This document shows positions 25,501 through 35,754 of a stretch of 64,000 nucleotides of DNA, one piece after another. Source of the stretch: Proteromonas lacertae (lineage: Eukaryota); assembly GCA_002245135.1 (NCBI GenBank), contig NGBS01000310.1, positions 1 to 64,000 of the forward strand, read 5' to 3'. The position numbers and the translations under genes were made by a program. Every line of letters begins with the position of its first letter. Position 1 is the first letter of the stretch. The notes below the pieces were generated by a model that was given only the letters and a program-made list of their open reading frames with translations, ran no database searches and was not told where the DNA came from.

Positions 25501-26699
25501 AAGAGTTTAATTGTGGTGATGTAGAGAATCGAAAAGAATATTTGACTGAAGATATAAATCGAAAAGTATTAGATAGTTTAACCAATCAAAATCCTTTGAT
25601 AAAGAATGAATATAAAAACAAGAAACATTATTATACTGAAGATATGATAGTTCGATTAATGAATGTGTTAATAAAACAAAGTGTAGAAAAGATCGATAAT
25701 ATTCGTCAAACATCAGGTGAAATATTATTAAGAATTTTATATCATAATCCTCCATTTTTATATATACCTAATAAAAGTGAATTAGAACATTTAATACCCA
25801 AAGATTTTAACAGTTGGAGTAGTCCTCAATTTGTATATCCAATGATGGTGAAAGTATTATCAATTGAAGGTTATAATAATTCATTAGTAGAAGGAATAGT
25901 AGTGAGTGTTGGTGGTTTAACTGAATCATTGAGTAAACCATCCTCAGATGCCTTAATAGAATGGTGTAATAAACAAAGTGGAATTGGTTTAGTTTGGTTA
26001 AATCATTTTGCATTTTATATAATTCATGTATTTGAATTATATAAAGGGAATGTTCGAATAATATATCCGTTATTTCAAATGTGTGAGAAATTATTGAACA
26101 ATAACTGTTTTAATAAATTAAATGAGAAAGAACATGAAAGATTTAACTTTGAATTAATTCGTGTTTCAATAGATGAAGTGAAAAGAGTATAATAAATATA
26201 TGTTAATATTTATATATATAATAAAAATAGACTCGAGATGCAAAGAAGATATTATATTCAATTCCAATATTTATAAATTTATTATCAAATGAAGGAGAAG
26301 TAAGAAAACAATGTATAAAGCATTTATTAGTGAATTTGACTCATGTTTTTCCAAAAGTAAGAAATACAACAGCTGAACAATTATATATCAAATTTTTAAC
26401 ATTAGAAAACTTTTTAGATGAAGATAATATGGATAAAGTATTAGATATATTATCAACTACAAATTGGAATGAAGATGTATATAATATAATATATATATAA
26501 TATTCAATAGATTGAAGAATTAAAGAAAATCAAATTACCATTATATGAAATATTTGAATTACCACCTCCTCAATATTATAGCAAATCAGCAGATGGAAGT
26601 GAAAACATTAAGAAAGGAACAAGTAAAAAGGATGATAAAGATAAAGATGGTTTTGCTCAAGGATTTCAAGAAATGCTTGATCTTGGTTTAGATGGTTAA
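22557..26699 (+). CDS. TBCD: Tubulin-specific chaperone D, copy 2; exons 22557-22697, 22731-26186, 26231-26476, 26511-26699
   Basis: Same motifs as copy 1. GT..AG introns are 33, 44 and 34 nt. Exon 3 encodes the conserved HVFPKVRNTTAEQLY. Confidence 0.95.
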
Positions 26700-26857
26700 A
26701 ATTATCTGATTTTATTATTATCTATTGCTATTACTTATACTATTAAGTGTTTTTTATGGTATTTAGGATGTGATTGTGTTTAATTTGAAAAGATTTAGAT
26801 AATTTGATAAAAATAAATCTCAATAATGAATATTCAATATGTTTATTATTCATGTAT

Positions 26858-27326
26858 TAATCATTCAATATTGAAGAATTCTTTTGATAATTCTTTCTTT
26901 TCTTCTTTTGATATTCCATCTATTTTGATTATTCCAATTGTTGAAAATATTTCGAAAAAGGATTTTAATTCTGATTTATCTATATTCTCTTTCACTGTTA
27001 TGGATAATTCATCTAAACTATCAAATACTTCTTGATTTTCTTTCATTAATATCAATTCTTCTTCATTTAATTCATTTCCTGATATATTTATCTTTTCTAA
27101 TAGTTTATAATCTTTTAATCTTTCTATTAACATTTTTAATCCTTCTTCACTCATTCCAATATCTATTCATATGATATTTTTATATTATATTCTATAATAC
27201 TTGATAGATTTAATGAATCATAATCATCAACGACTTTATGAAAATATTTACATATTATTTCTATTCCTTCATTTCCAATTTCATTATTATTATATATCGA
27301 TATTATTTTTGTCTTATCTTTTGGAA
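26858..27326 (-). repeat. 469-bp direct-repeat copy of the pseudokinase-LRR 3' end (equal to 32261-32729), intron retained
   Basis: Matches at offset 5403 from taatcattcaata to cttttggaa, with an identical 97-aa ORF. Confidence 0.93.
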
Positions 27327-27449
27327 GCATTTAAAAGTGTTCCTTTACTGATGGAACTTCATTTGGAAGGTAATTTGTTTGAAGAAGGTATTGATGATGT
27401 AATGAAATTGTATCAGAATTATCCGAGATGCAAAATATCACTTGAGTAA
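27321..27449 (+). pseudogene. Orphan 3' end of a different LRR gene, fused back-to-back to the repeat above
   Basis: LEAFKSVPLLMELHLEGNLFEEGIDDVMKLYQNYPRCKISLE*. The upstream part of ORF 27201..27449 is simply antisense of the repeat. Confidence 0.65.
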
Positions 27450-27638
27450 TATATTTTGTGTGTATATAGTATTTCTACAATATATAATTATAACTGAAAT
27501 CGTATATTTTTATGAATAATTTGTTTATAATGTTATTGAAATTATGAAAGGAGATAAAGCATAGACTTTTTAGAATTGGGTTGTGAAAACTAGAGTATAA
27601 TTGTAGAATAATATTATAATAATGAAAATCATCTCTAT

Positions 27639-30600
27639 TTACTCGATTTTTATATAACAATTATCAACATAGTATTTTGAATTGTCATTATAGTATTCAT
27701 ACACTTCACTGTGTTCCATCTCATAATTACCTCTAATTTTACATTCACATTCGATTCGCACATTCTTCTCTTCATTTCCTTCAAAGCATTTCCAATATAA
27801 TACTAAATAATTATCAATTAATTCAAAGAAACTAATCTTTTCTTCTTTTCGTAATTCTCTCAATTTATGATATCTTACTTCACATCCACCAGCTATTCCT
27901 ATCTTACATAATACCATTCCTAAACATTTATCACTTATATTTATCACTTTTATATCAACATCTAATAAATCACCTTCTTTCAACTTTGTTTTATTCATTT
28001 TTAATTCCATTTTTAAATTACAACTATCATTTATCAATGGTTTTTCTTTTGAGTAGAAATTGAGAGTATATGATAATTTCATTGGATTTTCTAATTCATC
28101 TTTTAATTTTACATTTAGTATATTTTCATCTCCCATTAATAACGATTTTAAACATTCTTTTTCTATTTCTATTTGGGAATAGTTTTTCATTTCTTTCAAA
28201 TCAATATTCATAATATTTTTATTATTCAATTCAATTTTCATCTCATTATTACAAATAAATTTCCCACTTTCTTTAATCATATTATCATATTCTAATAACA
28301 CTTTCAAACTCAATATTGTTCCTTGAGTTGAACCATAATATCCATCACAACAACACTCTTGAATTGAATATATACTCTTATTTATAGCATTATTGATTTC
28401 ACTTGTGTTTCTTTTCAGCTTTTATCCACAACAATAAACATAATGAAGTTGTTTCAATTTTTAAAGCTTTTTCTCTCGAATGAGTTATTGATTCTTTTGG
28501 ATAATATATAAATCCATCTTCTTTTTGCATTGAAAGTAAGTTTTTGATTATTTCATTTGCTTTCATATTTTCTTTCAGATTTAAACAACTCAAACCTAAT
28601 AAACTAAGAATATAAGGATCATCACTATCTTTTACTCTCTCATAGAAAATATCAAATGAAGTTTTGATTTTCTCATCTACAGCAAAAGAGGTTAAACACC
28701 AATAGATATAAGCACTTGAACATTCTTTTCCTGCTCCACCAAAATTATCTAATTGTTTAGAATCTAAATTGAAATAACCACTTGATTCATCTAATCGACT
28801 CATTAACCATTCCATTGCTTTATTCTCCATTTCTTCATTCACACCATCATATATATCTTTCATTTCTTCAAGTTCCATTAAACCATAAGCTGTTAATGTT
28901 TCACAAGCTGGACTATCTCCAAACCACTTCAAATCCACCTTCTTCTGTTTGATAACTTATCAATCTTTTATATCCTTCTTCTATAAATTTATCACCATTT
29001 TCTTTCATTTTATTCTTATATCCACTTTTGCTTTTCATATATTTTATACCCAAAATCATTGGATATAATACACTTGACGTTTGTTCAAAACATCCATATG
29101 GTTTTCGAATTAAGGAATGAACTGAATTTAATATCTTTTCCACCAGATTTTCTTCGATTTTCAAATTAAAATTGATAGTATTTTCATCTATATTTGCAGG
29201 CAGAGAGAATGGAATCTCATTTACAATATCTTTTAAAATTATATTTTTAGACATGTTATAAAAATAACCTCGAGGATAGATTTTGATTGGATATTCTAAA
29301 CAATCATTATAATCATCACTGTCAGCTAATATCTTTATTCTTGATTCACAAATATCATCATTTTCATTCTCTAATTTCATTTCGTCATTATTTACAGCTT
29401 TCTTTCCTTTTAAATAACTTGCATATATTATGAAGATTTCTTTGTGAGTTGTTTTCTTTTCATACCATTCATATATACAGTTTTCACATTTTAAACCATC
29501 ATCACTTTCTAATATAAGTTTTATACCTTTCATATTACATAAATCAGGATTTAAATTTACAACTACTGGTAAATGAATTTCATCTTTATCACAAACATAA
29601 ACAGGAGGAATACAATTTAAATAAAATGGTAATTTACGTATAAATTGTTATATCTTTACTTCCATATATTGAATCATTTAATTTAAATCCCTTCTACTCT
29701 AACTCGATAACTACTAATTGAATCACTTAATTGGAATTTTATTCTTGATGACTTTATTACATTTTATACTATTCTCACAAAATAAAGTACTTCTAAAATC
29801 ATTTCTTATTTTTATTTCTTTTTTATCATAGGCACATTCTCTTTCAACTACAATTTTATTACATATAGCTCTTTTAGTTTCGTATTTACAAGATCTTTTT
29901 GAATCACCATCATCAATATCATAATCAAATGCAAAGAAATTAAAATGTATACTATCACGTTTTATTAGAAATCTTCCAATTATTCTTTTATATTTGTCAA
30001 TTTCTTCTATTAGACTTTAATATTAATTATTAAATATATACTTTCATTCTCATTATCATAGATTCCTAATACATTCTTATAGATAAATCTTCGCCAACCT
30101 TGAGTTCCTAACAATAAATCTATTTCTTCATTGCCTTTCAAATCTTTACTCAAATAACTATCACAATCTTCTACATGATCTACTTCGTTTTCCACATAAA
30201 TCATTAATGGGAGAGATGGATTTTGTAATCTCTTTTCTTCTAAATTCAATATTCCTTCATCAACTACTAATACACTTACATCTATAAATAATATCAATAT
30301 TATATTATAAATAATATATATTATATACTGCAATCAATTGGTAAACTATTCTCATTATAAGTATTAATTTTTAATTCTACTGTTTCTCCAGGTTTGTAAT
30401 TGTTTTTATCTTCTTTTATATCAATATTTATCGAATGACTTGGATTTACATATATCAATCTTTCAGCTATTGGAATTTCATCTTCAGTATATAATGTTAC
30501 TCGAAATACTCCTCCCAAATTTACTTCATTTTCATTCAGACAGAATCTTATCTTTCCTATTCGTTTATCGAATATTACTTCTCGATAATCCATCTCAATC

Positions 30601-31764
30601 TCTTTCAAATATAATCCAATGAAGTATTTATTCTTTATTTTACTTCTTTCTACTTCTATTTCGATTGAATTGTTGTTATAACTATTATGACTTGAATGAA
30701 TTATTGCTCCTTCTGTTACTCTATATATCATAATATAATATATTTATACTCTGGCAAATCTATCATGTTATTTTTACATTTTGGATGAATTACATATAAA
30801 GCATATTCTATACCACTTTGAGGAATAAATGGAATTGATTTACCTCGACCTTCATGAAATGTTTTGATTGGCATTATTCGTTTGTTATTCGTCTTATCTA
30901 TTATTTCACCTTCAAAATCACCTGGATTTCCATTCTTTAATAAACATTCATAATATATCACATTATGAACATTACTGATTAAATAGGAACTACTTTCTAC
31001 ATATACTTTTATATCTAATTCATTTTCATCATTCACAATTGGAATTGTTTTAGATGAACTTCCTATCATACCATTATACCAGATCTTCACTGTTAATGAA
31101 ATGTTGTTCTTTTTATAAATAATATAAGGAGGTAAATGAAATTCAAAGAGTATTTTACCTTCCAATATTTTACTCCTTACACCATTCCGTTGACCAAATA
31201 TTTCATAACTTATTTCACAACTTTCAACCAGTATTTCTCCACTTCCTCTTTCCACAGTTGAAATACTTCCACTCACTAAATCATTCACATTATAACCTTC
31301 TTTATCAAATTTTATATCAAGTGTGAAATGAGGATCAACATAGTTTTGAATGTTGATTTTTCGACTTTTACATGGATATTTTTTCACATTTTATTGTATA
31401 TTCACCTCCACTTTGATTTTCTGGAATTTTCCCATTTATACATGAAAGTACCTTCTGTCAATGACACCTTCACTCTTTAATTCAAATCCACTTTCTGATG
31501 ATATTATCACTGTATCAGTGGTACAATTATCAACAAAGGTAATTCTTTTAACTATCTCACTTCTTCGTATTCTAGTTTTATTATTTTCAGGTAATGTGGT
31601 TAATGTATGAGTAGCATGATCTGTTACATATCCTATTATATAAACAGTTTCTTTTGGTTTATAGAATTGTTTATCTGTAGTTATAGGTGGATGTTCCAAT
31701 ATGTCCATTCTGATAAATCAGCATCTTTACTGTTTTCTTCATTCTTTGATGTGCATGATCCCAT
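27639..31764 (-). CDS. Bacterial-type alpha-2-macroglobulin / thioester-containing protein (MG domains, TED, C-terminal domain); several short introns and about 9 frameshifts as assembled
   Basis: TTDKQFYKPKETVY, TFHEGRG, PIAERLIYV, YKPGETVEL, IDLLLGTQGWRRF, RNDFRSTLF, FQLSDSISSYRV, thioester PYGCFEQTSS, GGFEWFG..ETLTAYGL and YGSTQGT. Probable start MGSCTSK at 31764. Confidence 0.88.
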
Positions 31765-32260
31765 CAGATGTATAGAAAATCTTAAAAACGATAAAAAGTG
31801 CACTTATCTCAGATCTTGATTTATATCTTTTCCGTTACATTAATTTTGCAATTATCTAAATGGAATTAGCTAGCTTGATATATTATAAAACATTTCCATC
31901 TCATCTTGTAGTATATATTGAATTGTTAATATCGTTATACTGAGAATGATTAGTTCTTAGATCTAACTTCAACTCACATAAATTATTTATATACACAAAA
32001 ATATATTAAAAAACTTCAGTTCATCATTACAGCTGAACATAACTAGCAAATTACAATTATTCTGTAATTTGCATAATATGTTTGCAGTATACTAAAAGTG
32101 GATTGATATAGACTGTAGCTATGATAAATCTTATAAATTATATCTAATTTAGAATTTAGAATATTTAAAATAATGTGATGTATAAAAATTATAATATATA
32201 TTTTATAAGCAGAATAACAGAATAAAATGTAAATGAATTATTTAATTAACATTTGTTTAA

Positions 32261-32729
32261 TAATCATTCAATATTGAAGAATTCTTTTGATAATTCTTTC
32301 TTTTCTTCTTTTGATATTCCATCTATTTTGATTATTCCAATTGTTGAAAATATTTCGAAAAAGGATTTTAATTCTGATTTATCTATATTCTCTTTCACTG
32401 TTATGGATAATTCATCTAAACTATCAAATACTTCTTGATTTTCTTTCATTAATATCAATTCTTCTTCATTTAATTCATTTCCTGATATATTTATCTTTTC
32501 TAATAGTTTATAATCTTTTAATCTTTCTATTAACATTTTTAATCCTTCTTCACTCATTCCAATATCTATTCATATGATATTTTTATATTATATTCTATAA
32601 TACTTGATAGATTTAATGAATCATAATCATCAACGACTTTATGAAAATATTTACATATTATTTCTATTCCTTCATTTCCAATTTCATTATTATTATATAT
32701 CGATATTATTTTTGTCTTATCTTTTGGAA
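32261..32729 (-). repeat. Source copy of the 469-bp repeat (3' end of the pseudokinase-LRR gene)
   Basis: Identical by inspection to 26858-27326, and inverted at 1221-1689. Confidence 0.9.
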
Positions 32730-35622
32730 AACAATCCATTAATTCTTTTAATCCTTTGGAAGTGATTCTATTGTTTGATAAATCGATTCTACAATAATAT
32801 ATCTGATTAATTAAGGAAATATGAGAATCATTAATATTCATATCTACGAGAATAAAAAACTAGGATTATACTTGAAAAATCATAACATCTATCACTACCA
32901 TTTCTTCGTTTTTTACTACAATATTCCAAATAATATACTAATTCTTCATTACTGAATGAGGAACATTTCATTTGAATGAAAGGATATACTTTTTTTCTTA
33001 ATGATTTTGTACAAATTGATATCATTCCATTAATACTTACTTCATTTCCATTTAATATTATTGTTTTACATTCTTTAATTACATTCAGTTTATTTTCTAA
33101 TAGAATTATACTTTCATCATCTATTGATGTATAGCACAAGTTTATTTCACCAGTCAATTTCTTTAATATCTTTATATTCTCTATTAATATCTTAAATCCA
33201 TTATTTCCTATTGGATTATCTATTATTATTTAAATGACAGTAACTTTTATATATACTTTCAATTGAGAGTTGAAAAATAATATCATTCATTGTCACATAA
33301 TCCATCAAATAAACGATTCCTATTGAATCTATATTATTATCGCTTATATCAACCTTGATACTTACATTAATGTTCTTCAAACCATCAATTAAATAGTTCA
33401 ATCCAACTGAAGATAATCCCATTTCTATTTATGAATTAACTATGGTTATAATACTTGAACAATTTATTACATAATCATCATAATCATCTCCAACTATCAA
33501 CTTCAAATGTGGAGATATTATTCTCATCCCTTCATCTCCTATTTCATTCCCATATATAAGAAGTTTTTCAAGACACTGATATGAAGATAAATTGTTAATT
33601 AGTATTTCAACACTTTTATATGTTAGTTTATTATCTAAAAAACAAAAAATATCAAATTATACTCCTTAAATCTAACTTTCTTATTCCTTGTAACTCATTT
33701 AATCTTAATGAAATGAATTGTATAAATATCTCATCATAAATTTCTAAGTTTTTCAGTTCTAATATACCATAATACTCATTATAGATGTATTTGATTATTT
33801 CTGGAATATCTTTATCAATCAGCAATTCTTTACATCTATTAAAATCAAATTCGACTTTTGAAATAGGGAATTTGGAGAATAAAACTTTTAATCCAGCAAA
33901 ATAAATATGCCTGTTTGATGTAATATTTATTGAATCAAGAATTGGATATTTATATAATTCTTTAGATAATAATATCATAGATTCATCAATTAAATTCATT
34001 CCTCTAATATCTAATTCATTATCTTTATTGATCAACAAATGTAAATATGGAAGTAATAATTTGAATCCTTTTGGACCAATTGGATTAACTATTTCATAAT
34101 AATAACTAAAATATATACAATGAAGATCTATATATTTCAATTTTATGTTTGGTATGGATTTAGTAAATGATTCAATAAAACGAATTGTAAGATTGGTGTT
34201 TGCCAAGTTTATTTCTTGTATATTTAATAATTGATAAATGTAAGATCCAAATAATGATTGATATTGAAATGGAATACCAACTTCGTCTATATAAATAGAG
34301 AATAAAAGCATACCAAATGACAATTGTAATAATTTTATTAGTTTAAACACTTGAAAGAAATATTTCATTCCTTCTTCACATAAACAAATACATTTAGAAT
34401 TAATACTTACTATTTCCTTTTTTCTTTCATCCGTATTAATGTTAAATAGCATTTCATCTAATTTACATCCTCCATGTTCTTTACAAGTGTGATGAATTTG
34501 AAATTTCAACTTCTCTTCAATTGAATAATCTTTTTTGGATAACTTCATCATTAACAGTAATAACAAGATTCTCTCATTGTGCATATTATTATATGATTCC
34601 ATTAATTCATCTCGAATATCTATTCAAATAATAATGTTATTATATTTATATTTATACTTTTCCATTTATCTCTCTCAACATAATACTCTTCCTTAACAAC
34701 ATATGGGGAGATTTCTATTAAATAGTCATTATTGTATAATGCTTCTTTTTTTTCTTCACATATCATCAAATTATTTTCATCATCTTTTAATATTTCACTC
34801 ATCTTTATCACTTCTTTTCTCAACTCTTTTAAACTCAATCTATCTTCATTCTTCACTTTCAACATTCTGAATATCATTTCTTTCATCATTTCATCACATT
34901 CAACATCTATAATGTATTTACATCTCAGAATATTCTCTTTTGTTTTATTCATATTATCATCTTCATAAAAAGGCAATTTCTTAAACATCATTTCATATAA
35001 TATACATCCAATTGACCAAATCACACTTCTCTCATTATATTCTAATCCATTTAACTCTTCAGGGCTTTTAAAGCATATATCATATAATCTTATATTATCA
35101 TCTTGTCTTAATTTACTTAAGAATAAATCACATATCCTTATTTTGTTATTTATATCTATTATTATGTTTGAACTCTTCAAATTACTTATCATTAAATCAT
35201 ATTCACTCAATATCATCATTATATCACATAGACTGAATAGCAAATTACAGATATCACTTCTAAACAAGGAGTTATTTTGAATTAACCCTTTCACATCTCT
35301 AAAGTAATATTCTCTTTCAAATATCATATATTTACATCTATTATCTATATACAACAGAGATGTAGTAATAAAATTAACTACTAAATCACTCATTAAGATG
35401 TAAGCTTGTTCAATACATCCAATCAATGATTCTTTTGTATTATCGATATTGAATATTTTTATCACTTTACTAATATCTTCTTTGAAAACACTCATTTCAC
35501 TTGAATTCTCTTTTAACACTTTACATTCCTATAATTATATTCACAAATGTTCATACATTCAAATCAATATAAAAGTTAATTTTTAAACTTTCAGTAACAC
35601 ACACAATTTTAGAAAATACCAT
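32264..35622 (-). CDS. Divergent (probably pseudo-) protein kinase fused to RNI-type leucine-rich repeats; multi-intron gene
   Basis: Kinase C-lobe (SNLKSSNIII, ICDLFLSK, KSPEEL, SVIWSIGCILYEM..KLPF) is spliced via a GT..AG intron near 34620-34657 to LRR exons (IQEINLANTNL, IRKLDLR, VDISDNNIDSIG, IDLSNNRITSKG, LEKINISGNEL). Putative ATG at 35622. Confidence 0.8.
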
Positions 35623-35754
35623 CAGTAATACAAATACATTGTATAAAGTGTATTATTCTGTATTAAACAAAAAAACAAATTAAAATACAAATTAAACAAA
35701 CTATTTTAAAAAAAGACGTATAGTCTATTTCATCAATCTCATTATACAACCATT

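Larger units (their letters stand above)
22463..28551. repeat. Inverted segmental duplication, arm B
   Basis: Reverse complement of 1-6085. It begins about 95 bp upstream of the TBCD ATG. Confidence 0.97.

Noticed and set aside
1..28551. Inverted arms as terminal inverted repeats of a giant transposon (Maverick/Polinton-like)
   Set aside because: The arms contain TBCD and the interior has only housekeeping genes. No integrase, polymerase B, capsid or transposase is seen.
26858..32729. 469-bp direct repeats as retrotransposon LTRs
   Set aside because: The repeat is intron-containing LRR coding sequence without TG..CA ends, and no gag/pol lies between the copies.
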